From: Gemmatimonadota bacterium
GTDB lineage: Bacteria; Gemmatimonadota; Gemmatimonadetes; Gemmatimonadales; GWC2-71-9
Direction: 5' to 3'
Length of the DNA stretch: 39,537 bases
Assembly (NCBI GenBank): GCA_020346845.1
Contig: CP070792.1
Span: 2,939,155 to 2,978,691, forward strand
The notes beneath the pieces were generated by a model. That model was not told where the DNA came from. It saw only the letters and a list, made by a program, of their open reading frames with translations, and searched no databases. The translations under genes were made by a program, and so were the position numbers. Below, piece by piece: positions 1-10,600 of this stretch. Position 1 is the first letter of the stretch. Every line of letters starts with the position of its first letter.

Positions 1-211
1 TCACACGTGACAGTTGGTATTGCGACTCTTCCGACGCACCGATGTCTACGAAAGGAGAGTCGTCGAGATACCAGCGCTGGTTTGACGTCCACGACGGGCC
101 GAAATTCTGAACGATGGTCACGCCCGAACTGTCCTGCGCGATGGGGGGAGCCGGCGGCTCACCGCCGCACGCTACCAGGAAACAGGCGCAGAATACCATG
201 AATCTCTTCAT
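1..211 (-). CDS. Putative secreted lipoprotein, N-terminal fragment (rest of gene lies beyond the window edge)
   Basis: A minus-strand ATG at 211-209 opens a frame that stays open to base 1. It has no stop codon, so it is absent from the ORF track. Translation: MKRFMVFCACFLVACGGEPPAPPIAQDSSGVTIVQNFGPSWTSNQRWYLDDSPFVDIGASEESQYQLSRV. It has a hydrophobic signal segment followed by a lipobox-like LVAC. The function of the mature part is unknown. Confidence 0.55.
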   Translation of the reverse strand, partial: MKRFMVFCACFLVACGGEPPAPPIAQDSSGVTIVQNFGPSWTSNQRWYLDDSPFVDIGASEESQYQLSRV

Positions 212-361
212 TGCATTTCCCTTGTCATCTTTGCAACCGCTCTACCGCAGTTTGTCTGCTCTCCAGAATTACCTCGGAAACTACCGTGCCTTTTGACAGA
301 CAGCTACTGGAGGCAAGCGGGGTCAGCCATACAACGTGCTCTAACGGCTCAGCAAGTGTAG

Positions 362-2406
<2,045 letters not shown>

Positions 2407-2407
<1 letters not shown>

Positions 2408-4158
2408 TGGAGAACATTGAGATTGCCCGTGTTCTGCAGGATGTCGCCGACCTGCTCGAGATCAAAGGATCGAATCCGTTCCGAATCCGGGCCTACCGTA
2501 ACGCTGCGCAGGTTGTAGCAGAGCACGGCACGCCGTTGCGAAAATCAGTGGCGGAAGGTGCGGATCTCACAGCAATCCCGTCGATTGGCAAGGATATGGC
2601 GCGGCACATAGAGGAGCTGGTGACCGATGGCGAGTTGTCGTTGCTCGCTGAATTGTCCCAGGATGTGCCGCTGTCCTTGATCGAGATAATGCGGTTGCCC
2701 GGCCTCGGCGCAAAACGAGCCAAAAAGTTGTGGGAGGAACTGGAGATCACGAACCTGGACGAGCTGGAGGCTGCGGCAGAGGCAGGGGACGTGGCAGGAT
2801 TGGCCGGTTTCGGCAGGAAGACGCAGGAAAAGATCCTCTCGTCAATTGGCCGCTATCGAAAAAGAGAGGGGCGGGTCAAGCTGGGCGATGCAGATCAGTA
2901 CGTGATGCCATTGGTTGAATACCTGAAGGAGGACGAACACGTCCAACACTTGGAGGTTGCCGGTAGCTATAGACGGCGACGAGAGACTGTCAGAGACATC
3001 GATCTACTGGCGATTTCAGATGACGCCGACCCAGTCATGCGGCGATTCGCGAGCTATCCAGACGTGCAGAAAGTGGAGAGCTCAGGCGGTACGCGTAGCA
3101 CAGTGTTGCTGAAATCAGGACTCCAAGTAGACCTCAGAGTCGTACCGCCTGCGAGTCACGGAGCGGCGCTGGCATACTTCACCGGTTCCAAGGAGCACAA
3201 CGTCGCGATGCGGAAGCGAGCCATCAAACGTGGCCTAAGGCTTTCGGAGTATGGAGTGTTTCGCGGAGGAGAAGGGAGCGACGATCCCTGGGCAGGCGAG
3301 TTTGTTGGGGGAGGTGATGAGACTGAGGTGTACGCCGCGTTGGATCTTCCCTGGATTCCACCAGAGCTGAGAGAAAACCGCGGTGAAATAGACGCGGCAG
3401 AGCGGGGAGAGCTGCCCAAGCTGATTTCCGTCGAATCGATCCGTGGTGACTTGCAGATGCACTCTACGTGGTCGGACGGGAAAGACTCTCTCGAAACAAT
3501 GCTAGAAGCGTGTGTGGCTCGAGGTTACGAGTACTTTGCGATTACCGATCATAGCAAGGCCCTAGCTATGACAGGTGGGATGGACGCAGCCAAGCTCAGC
3601 GAACAATGGGTGGAGATAAATGGGATCCGAGCACGTCACAGCGAGATACGGCTCCTACGTGGTATGGAAGTCGATATTCTTGCCGGCGGCGAGCTAGATC
3701 TTGAAGACGAGATGCTGGAGCAACTGGACATGGTTCTGATATCTGTGCACTCGCGATTGGATCTTCCTGGCCCGCAGCAAACCGAACGAATCATCAAGGC
3801 GATTCAGCACCCATCCGTCCACATTCTTGCGCATCCAACGGGACGCCAGATAAACCGTCGAGATCCAATGCAATTCGATTTGGACGCTGTTATGCAGTGC
3901 GCTGCAGAAAACGACGTGGCCGTGGAGTTGAACGCGCATCCCGATCGGTTGGACCTGAGTGACGTACATCTCATGCGGGCTCGTGAGATCGGATGCGAGA
4001 TTGTGATCAGCACGGATGCGCACAAAACATCGGATCTGGATCTGATGCGCTACGGTGTCGAGCAGGCGCGCCGCGCATGGTTGCAGCCGAGCGACGTGTT
4101 GAACACCCTGCCATTTGAGGAGTTGGCGAAACGGTTGGGCTTGGATCCCTCGATCTGA
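2407..4158 (+). CDS. polX: Family X DNA polymerase with C-terminal PHP phosphoesterase domain (PolX)
   Basis: 583-aa ORF. The GTG start at 2407 shares one base with the ligA TAG stop (TAGTG). The N-terminus NIEIARVLQDVADLLEIKGSNPFRIRAYRNAA is the usual PolX lead-in. A nucleotidyltransferase core is present (GSYRRRRETVRDIDLL). C-terminal PHP motifs are present (LQMHSTWSDG, ITDHS, HPTGR, STDAH). Confidence 0.93.
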
Positions 4159-4264
4159 CGGAAGCTCCGCCGTTGCGACCTCAATGCGGTCCAAGTACCT
4201 TCCGACGGGCTTTTTGAGCCCGCCCGCCAATCGAGCATAAGTACAAGATGAACACGAGGTTACG

Positions 4265-5014
4265 GTGAAGATCGCAGTCTGCATAAAGCGGGTCCCGGAT
4301 ACCGAGACCCGAATCAAGATCGCCGCCGACGGCAAGTCGATTGATGAGTCCGGCGTCAAGTTCGTGCTGAATCCGTTTGACGAATATGCTGTCGAGGAAG
4401 CACTGAAGCTCAAGGAACAGAGCAACGGCGAAGTGGTAGCCATTTGTCTGGGCCCCGAGGCCGCGCAAGAAACTCTTCGGACAGCGCTTGCGATGGGAGT
4501 GGACCGTGGGATTCTACTCAAGGCTGAACGACTGCCACGGGATCCGCTCGTAGTGGCGCGGGCGCTAGCCGCTGAGCTGGAGCAAGGTGGCTACGATTTG
4601 GCTTTGTTTGGAAAACTGGCCGTGGATGACTACGACCAGGCGGTGGGAACGATTGTGGCCGAGCTGCTGGCCCTCCCATCTGTATCGGCCGTAACGCGGC
4701 TTGAGATCACCGACGGGCACGCCACCGCACAGCGAGAAGTGGAAGGTGCCGTGGAGCTGGTCGAGTTCTCCCTGCCGGCAGTCGTTACAGCGGAGAAGGG
4801 GCTCAACGAGCCACGCTATCCGGCGCTGAGGGGGATCATGCTTGCCAAGAAGAAGCCGCTCGACATCAAGGAAGTCGAGCTGGACGAGGGAGGTATCGAA
4901 GTGCTGGAGTTGACGCTGCCTCCCGATAGAAAGTCCGGTCGGATAGTTGGCGAGGGTGCAGCCGCAGTCCCGGAACTGGTCGAAGCACTTCGAAACGAAG
5001 CGAAGGTGTTCTGA
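4265..5014 (+). CDS. etfB: Electron transfer flavoprotein, beta subunit
   Basis: 249-aa ORF with a GTG start. The N-terminus MKIAVCIKRVPDTETRIKI is typical of EtfB. Its stop overlaps the etfA start (TGATG). Confidence 0.93.
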   Translation: MKIAVCIKRVPDTETRIKIAADGKSIDESGVKFVLNPFDEYAVEEALKLKEQSNGEVVAICLGPEAAQETLRTALAMGVDRGILLKAERLPRDPLVVARALAAELEQGGYDLALFGKLAVDDYDQAVGTIVAELLALPSVSAVTRLEITDGHATAQREVEGAVELVEFSLPAVVTAEKGLNEPRYPALRGIMLAKKKPLDIKEVELDEGGIEVLELTLPPDRKSGRIVGEGAAAVPELVEALRNEAKVF

Positions 5015-5985
5015 TGTCTGATATACTGACGGTTCTGGAGCAGCGCGAAGGCGTGGTAAAGCGGGTATCACATGAAGCCCTGGCAGCGGCACGTGCACTA
5101 GCGGATGAACTCGGGTGTGAAGTCCACGCTCTCGTGATCGGCCCACCGGATACCGACGTCACCGGCTTGGGCCAATACGGCGCCGACAAGGTCATGACTT
5201 CGCTTGACGAGGAGCTGACGCTTTACCAGGCCTCTCGGTACGCTCAGATAGCCGCTGACCAAGCGATGGGCGGCGCATACACAACCGTGATCCTGGGAGC
5301 AACGTCATTGGGTAAGGACCTTGGCCCGCGAATCGCAGCCAGGCTTGGATGTCCTCTGACCAGTGACGTCACCAGCATCTCTGGTGTCGACGGGATAGTG
5401 GTAACTCGGCCGGTGTTTGCTGGCAAGGCAATCTACCGGTTGAAGATCACCGGTTCACCGAGCGTCATAACCGTACGGCCGAACGCGGTTGCACCAGTTG
5501 CAGCATCGAACGCAGGCGTGGTAGAAGAGGTCTCGGCAAGCGATGATGTGAAGCCTGCCGTTGCGAGGACCTTGGAAGTAAGAGCGCCAGACAACGCAGC
5601 ACTCGACGTTGCGGAAGCCGCGATCGTTGTTGCCGGGGGTAGAGGTCTCAAAGAGGCCGAGCACTTCAAGCTGGTCGAGGGCCTCGCGCAAGCGCTGGGA
5701 GGAGCAGTGGGAGCCTCTCGGGCTGTGGTCGATGCCGGGTGGCGGCCGCATTCGGAGCAGGTGGGCCAGACGGGTAAAACGGTCAGTCCCAACCTCTACA
5801 TAGCGCTCGGGATTTCTGGGGCGATTCAGCATCTTGCCGGAATGCGAACGGCGAAGGTCATCGTCGCCATCAACAAGGACCCCGATGCTCCAATCTTCAA
5901 AGTTGCCGATTACGGTATTGTGGGAGACGTTTTCGAGGTGGTACCACGGCTTACCGAGGCGATAGTCAAAGCCCGGGAGGGATAA
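5014..5985 (+). CDS. etfA: Electron transfer flavoprotein, alpha subunit
   Basis: 323-aa ORF. It carries the C-terminal FAD-binding signature ASRAVVDAGWRPHSEQVGQTGKTVSPNLYIALGISGAIQHLAGM. Confidence 0.93.
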   Translation: MSDILTVLEQREGVVKRVSHEALAAARALADELGCEVHALVIGPPDTDVTGLGQYGADKVMTSLDEELTLYQASRYAQIAADQAMGGAYTTVILGATSLGKDLGPRIAARLGCPLTSDVTSISGVDGIVVTRPVFAGKAIYRLKITGSPSVITVRPNAVAPVAASNAGVVEEVSASDDVKPAVARTLEVRAPDNAALDVAEAAIVVAGGRGLKEAEHFKLVEGLAQALGGAVGASRAVVDAGWRPHSEQVGQTGKTVSPNLYIALGISGAIQHLAGMRTAKVIVAINKDPDAPIFKVADYGIVGDVFEVVPRLTEAIVKAREG

Positions 5986-5989
5986 CACC

Positions 5990-7651
5990 GTGAGCCAGAG
6001 TTCGCTTGTTCCCGCGGACTACCAAGCAAGGCTTCCCCAGAACCAGCTGATCCTGGGAGAGCCGCTCGAGGAAGAGCGCATCGATGTCGATGTGCTCTTT
6101 GTGGGTGCAGGTCCGGCAGGTCTCGCGGGGGCCATTCAACTGGCCAAGCTGGTCAAGGAAGACAATGAGAGCGGTAACGGCGTCGGCGAGATCTCGATAG
6201 GGGTGCTGGAGAAGGCTGGCGCGCTGGGGGAGCATTCATTGTCAGGTGCGGTATTGAACCCCCGGCCGTTTCGGGAACTGTTTCCGGATGTGAGCGACAC
6301 CGACCTGCCATTCCGTACGAGGGTAGAAAAGGAAGCCATCTACCTTTTGTCTCCCACCAGGTATCGGCGTATCCCTACGCCACCGACGATGCGGAATCAC
6401 GGGAACTATGTCGCTTCCATCTGCGAAGTAGTGCGTTGGCTGGGTGAGCGGGCAGAGGAGGTTGGAGTCGACATCTTCGCCGGGTTCCCAGCTGGCGCCC
6501 TCCGTGTTGAAGGCGACCGTGTCGTAGGAATACGCACCGTCGCCTCTGGTTTGGAGCGCGATGGCAGTCCGGGATCGAGCTACATGCCGGCGACAGACAT
6601 TGCAGCCAAGGTAACTGCGCTGGCGGAGGGTTCTCGCGGACTCTTGGCCCAATCCTACATGGAGTGGCAAGGGGTTGCATCGGAAAACCCACAGATATAC
6701 GCGTTGGGAGTCAAGGAACTGTGGGAGACTAAGCATCCGCTGGACAGAGTTATTCACACGATGGGCTGGCCGCTACCGAGAACTGCATTTGGCGGCAGCT
6801 TCATGTATCCGCTCGAGCCGAACCTGGTGGCCTTGGGTCTGGTGGTCGGCCTGGACTACCGAGATGCCAACCTGGAGGTCCATGAGCTGACACAGAGGAT
6901 GAAGTTGCATCCACTCTTCAAGCCCTATCTGGAAGGTGGGGAGCTGGTGGAGTGGGGAGCCAAGACTATCCCGGAGGGGGGGTACCATTCCATACCACAA
7001 CGCCGTCACGGCGACGGCGTCGTGATTCTTGGCGATTCAGCGGGATTGGTCGATGTCCCCTCGCTAAAGGGCATTCACTACGCGATGCAGTCGGGAATGT
7101 ACGCTGCACGCGCGATATTCGCCGCTCTCAAGAACGATGATGTTACCGCCAAGCAGCTCTCCGCATACGACGAGTTGCTGAACGATTCGTACACGGTGCA
7201 CGATCTGTATCGGACGCGGAACATGCGGCCCGCATTCAAGAGTGGCTTTTATACCGGTGCCGCCAAAGCTGGCCTGATGACCCTGACTGGCGGTCGCTTC
7301 CCCGGTCGGCGCATCGACATGGAAGAGGATGCGAGAGCGCCACGTGCCACTACGGAGTGCGAGGAGTTGACCTATGATGGAGAGCTCACGTTCAGCAAGG
7401 TAGACGCGGTGTTCAAATCAGGTAACGTAACACGCGACACGATTCCATCCCACCTGATTCCGGGCGAAAAAGTAGGTGCTGAACTGGCCAGCTTCTATTC
7501 CCACATGTGTCCGGCGGCGGTGTACGAGGAAGTTGACGGGCAGCTACGCGTGAATGCGCCCAATTGCGTCGACTGCAAAGCAACTGATGTGCTGGGCCCG
7601 CGCTGGACCCCGCGCGAAGGGGGGTCAGGGCCCGTTTACAAACGGATGTGA
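5990..7651 (+). CDS. Electron transfer flavoprotein:quinone oxidoreductase (ETF-QO)
   Basis: 553-aa ORF with a GTG start 4 nt after etfA. It has an N-terminal FAD dinucleotide fold (VLFVGAGPAGLAGA). A C-terminal ferredoxin-like Cys cluster is present (CPAAVYE...APNCVDCKATDV). Confidence 0.9.
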   Translation: MSQSSLVPADYQARLPQNQLILGEPLEEERIDVDVLFVGAGPAGLAGAIQLAKLVKEDNESGNGVGEISIGVLEKAGALGEHSLSGAVLNPRPFRELFPDVSDTDLPFRTRVEKEAIYLLSPTRYRRIPTPPTMRNHGNYVASICEVVRWLGERAEEVGVDIFAGFPAGALRVEGDRVVGIRTVASGLERDGSPGSSYMPATDIAAKVTALAEGSRGLLAQSYMEWQGVASENPQIYALGVKELWETKHPLDRVIHTMGWPLPRTAFGGSFMYPLEPNLVALGLVVGLDYRDANLEVHELTQRMKLHPLFKPYLEGGELVEWGAKTIPEGGYHSIPQRRHGDGVVILGDSAGLVDVPSLKGIHYAMQSGMYAARAIFAALKNDDVTAKQLSAYDELLNDSYTVHDLYRTRNMRPAFKSGFYTGAAKAGLMTLTGGRFPGRRIDMEEDARAPRATTECEELTYDGELTFSKVDAVFKSGNVTRDTIPSHLIPGEKVGAELASFYSHMCPAAVYEEVDGQLRVNAPNCVDCKATDVLGPRWTPREGGSGPVYKRM

Positions 7652-7714
7652 GTGCACGACCACGGTGCGACCACACTCGAGTGGTGAGCGGGAATGAAGC
7701 GCCGTCGCGTCTGA

Positions 7715-9154
7715 TTACCCCAATGATGCTGGAGTTCGTCTCCGGTCGGTCCAACTCACACCGATCATGACGGCTCCGCACAAAATGATCGGCAGAATTC
7801 CCGGGTATTCAGGGCCCAGGACGCGCGCAAGCAAGGCCGTGAGCCGGTCTCCCAGCAGTGTGCTCAGGAATGCTCCGTCTCGTATCTGTCCCACTATTGC
7901 GGTTGTGCCTCCCACGATGACGGCCCACATCGCACCGCGTGGGCTTATGTGCAAGGAGCCCCGGTAGAAGCTCGCCAGGGTCGGAATTACCACCCCGCCT
8001 ACGAAGACGGTGTATGCCAACAGTAGGGACGAGATTATTCCCTGCTGGAATCCAGCAATCAGCCACGCGATCAGTCCGACGCACAGTACAGCGGATTTGG
8101 TGACCACGAGCCGCGTTGCTTTCGGAAGCGGTTTGTGCACACCAATGACATTCAGTGCCAGCACGGTAGACGCTGACATGAGAGTCGTATCTGCGGACGA
8201 CATGAGCGCCGCCAAGAACCCGGCCACGATCAACCCAGTAATGCCTGCCGGGATAAGCCCAATGATTGCGGTAGGTAGGGCAGCATCCTCCGGTATTCCT
8301 GGGAAGATCCCGCTCAACAAGGTACCGAGCAGCGATAGTGCAAGTGCTATTGGAACGACAGCCACGACGCTCACGAACACAGACCTCTTCGCCACTGAGT
8401 CGTCCTTGGCGCAAAGCACGCGCGAGTAGATGTCGGGTCCAACGAGGTATGGTAATCCCAAGATCAGGGGGAAGTACACCAACAGATCATACCAGCCAAA
8501 AGACTCCGACAAGGGGAAACTCCAATGGCCCTCGGGTATCCTGCCGACGACCGACCCAGAATCCGCTTCCACGGCTATCACGACGAAGGTGAGGCATGTG
8601 GCAAGACCGCCCACGAAAAGACAGAGCTGCCAAATGTCTGTCTTGAGGACAGATATCTGACCGCCCCAGAACGTGTACATGACGAACACGATAGCGATTA
8701 TCGCGAGTGCGGACGGATATCCGACGTCGAAGATCGCGCTCAACAGCCGTCCTCCAGCTATCATTTGTGCGGCGACGACGGCGCACCACGAGATCGCGAT
8801 CATCAGCGCCGCCGGTACTGAAACCCTGAGTCCATAAGACCGATGGAGGATGTCCGGCAGTGTGTAGACTCCGAGCCTACGCACCCGTGCAGCCAAGGCC
8901 CATCCGAATACCATGAGTGCCACTGCGCCAGTCAACAGCCACCATGCGGCAGTGAGCCCACGGCCATAGCCCAGCGCTATGAGTCCCATGGTCGATGAAG
9001 CACCAAGAATGGTTGCAATCAGCGATACACTGATCCGCCGCGTACCGTATTGCCGGTTGGCGACCCAATATGATTCGGGAGACTGATTGCGAGAGCGCCA
9101 GCCGACCCAAAGCATAACACACAGGTATGCAGCCAATACGATCTTGTCTAACAC
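7715..9154 (-). CDS. Sodium:solute symporter (SSF) family transporter, substrate unknown
   Basis: 479-aa polytopic membrane ORF with a GTG start. The N-terminus LAAYLCVMLWVGWRSRNQSPESYWVANRQYG and the overall 12-13 TM pattern are typical of SSF (PutP/PanF/SGLT-like) carriers. Confidence 0.85.
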   Translation of the reverse strand: MLDKIVLAAYLCVMLWVGWRSRNQSPESYWVANRQYGTRRISVSLIATILGASSTMGLIALGYGRGLTAAWWLLTGAVALMVFGWALAARVRRLGVYTLPDILHRSYGLRVSVPAALMIAISWCAVVAAQMIAGGRLLSAIFDVGYPSALAIIAIVFVMYTFWGGQISVLKTDIWQLCLFVGGLATCLTFVVIAVEADSGSVVGRIPEGHWSFPLSESFGWYDLLVYFPLILGLPYLVGPDIYSRVLCAKDDSVAKRSVFVSVVAVVPIALALSLLGTLLSGIFPGIPEDAALPTAIIGLIPAGITGLIVAGFLAALMSSADTTLMSASTVLALNVIGVHKPLPKATRLVVTKSAVLCVGLIAWLIAGFQQGIISSLLLAYTVFVGGVVIPTLASFYRGSLHISPRGAMWAVIVGGTTAIVGQIRDGAFLSTLLGDRLTALLARVLGPEYPGILPIILCGAVMIGVSWTDRRRTPASLG

Positions 9155-9234
9155 GTTAGCTCAGTGGCCCCTCGTCCTGGGCGAGTCAGGTTAGGTTTGA
9201 CAACTCCCGGTATCACCGCAATTCTTCCCGCTCC

Positions 9235-10176
9235 ATGGCAGTCTTCACAGATAGCATAGAGTATGCTGACCGCACGTTGGATGTGCCGGCCGGGCACTGG
9301 CAGCCTATTGGCTCGGACGCTCCTGCCGGAATCCAGCCCTTGTTGGCGGCTATGTATGGCGGTCACACGGTCCGTGAATCTAAGCTGCAAGCCTACCCAC
9401 AGTGGAACCATGTGCTGCTCAACGAGTCAGCTTCAGGATCACACTACGACCTACTGACCGACCTCAGTCGCCGGGAGATCGGTCTGCCAGACAGGATCCT
9501 GTGTCTGGCAGGCTCGGGGAGACGCTTCCATGGGTTCAAGGGACGGGCGTGGTCCGCCCCGCCTGGCAACATCTACCTGGCCGCGTACCTGGCGCCTCGA
9601 ACTCCGGTGAGACACAGGGGAACCACATTCACCGTGTTGGCAGCATTGTCTGTGCTCGACGCCATCGACGCCGTGCCGGGTTTGGCAGGAGCCGCAGGCA
9701 TAAAATGGGTCAACGACATCCTCATTGATGGTGCGAAGGTGGCAGGTGTGCTTGCGTATACTCGGGGAGATGAGAGCGCGGTGAGTGACGTTGTGCTCGG
9801 AATCGGACTCAACGTCGAGAACAGCCCGTCGGTGGAGCCGACGCCGTTTGTGCCCCACGTCGGATCGTTGAGTGAAATGATCCCGAAGCCGCAGCTTTGC
9901 CGTGTGCCAACGGTGCTGCGACGGCTCACAGAGGCCATCCACAGCAACTACCAAGAGCTATTGAACGGAGGGTACCTGCCGCTCGTAGAGAGATATCGTG
10001 AACGCTCACTCGTAATCGGCCGCGAAGTCACTCTGTGCTCCGAGCGCCCTGGATCGGAAGAAGAGGTTCTCGCGAGGGGCAGGGTGAAGGGCCTGGGAGA
10101 TGATCTCGAGTTGCTGTTAGAAGGAGCCGAACGACCGTTCACCAACGGTAGGCTGATACTCCATGGTAACTGTTAA
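9235..10176 (+). CDS. birA: Biotin--protein ligase (BPL/BirA catalytic type, no recognisable HTH repressor domain)
   Basis: 313-aa ORF with BPL core motifs. GSGRRFHGFKGRAWSAPPGNIYLA is a variant of GRGRxGRxW...G.LY.S. IKWVNDILIDGAKVAGVL is KWPND-like. GIGLNV is also present, and there is a C-terminal SH3-like tail. Confidence 0.8.
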   Translation: MAVFTDSIEYADRTLDVPAGHWQPIGSDAPAGIQPLLAAMYGGHTVRESKLQAYPQWNHVLLNESASGSHYDLLTDLSRREIGLPDRILCLAGSGRRFHGFKGRAWSAPPGNIYLAAYLAPRTPVRHRGTTFTVLAALSVLDAIDAVPGLAGAAGIKWVNDILIDGAKVAGVLAYTRGDESAVSDVVLGIGLNVENSPSVEPTPFVPHVGSLSEMIPKPQLCRVPTVLRRLTEAIHSNYQELLNGGYLPLVERYRERSLVIGREVTLCSERPGSEEEVLARGRVKGLGDDLELLLEGAERPFTNGRLILHGNC

Positions 10177-10387
10177 GAAGTCTTCAGAGAGCCTCCTCTT
10201 GTGTCGTACTTCAGGCGTGGGTTAGATATGTTTGTTTGCAGCGTTTTGTTGAGCTGCAGCCGGAGGTGCGAGTTTGGGTTGGATGCATCTGGCTGCGTGA
10301 TATCGCGTGGCTCCCTAGTAGACGAGCGTGAGTTCCGCCCGCCGGCCCGATGAACCCAATAGCAAAAACTTCCACGGAGAGATTATT

Positions 10388-10600
10388 GTGGGATCAACTG
10401 ATCTCTTGATGGTATGTGTCTCAGCGTTCTTCGCCGTGTTTGTGTTGCTCACCCTGCTGGCGTTGGCAATGCGCGGTCTCATCGCGGTGTTCCCGGACAA
10501 GACAGGCAAAGCGGACCCAGCCATGTTGGCGGCAATAACATCGGCGGTGGCAGCCGTTTTTCCAGGATCTAAGATCACGAGAGTTGAGGAGGAAAGATGA
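10388..10600 (+). CDS. oadG: Oxaloacetate decarboxylase gamma subunit-like small membrane protein
   Basis: Small ORF whose stop overlaps the oadA start (ATGA). It has a single TM helix (LLMVCVSAFFAVFVLLTLLALAM) and then an Ala-rich tail (AAITSAVAAVF), as in OadG. I prefer the GTG at 10388 (GGAGAG 6 nt upstream) over the in-frame GTG at 10328 used by the ORF track. Confidence 0.6.
   Translation: MGSTDLLMVCVSAFFAVFVLLTLLALAMRGLIAVFPDKTGKADPAMLAAITSAVAAVFPGSKITRVEEER

Noticed and set aside
3694-4521. Long antisense or out-of-frame ORFs: 275 aa at 3694-4521, 254 aa at 35907-36671, 219 aa at 37615-38274, 227 aa at 11664-12347, 210 aa at 21593-22225, and 201 aa at 7809-8414.
   Set aside because: Each lies opposite or out of frame with a gene that has strong family motifs. 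Their products are Arg/Ser/Pro/Ala-rich low-complexity sequences typical of shadow ORFs in GC-rich DNA. None has a ribosome-binding site or a recognisable motif.
9197-9226. TTGACA-N18-AATTCT as a promoter giving a nearly leaderless biotin ligase mRNA.
   Set aside because: The -10 hexamer is poor and the spacing is suboptimal. The evidence is too weak to list as a feature. It is mentioned only in the symporter/BPL finding.
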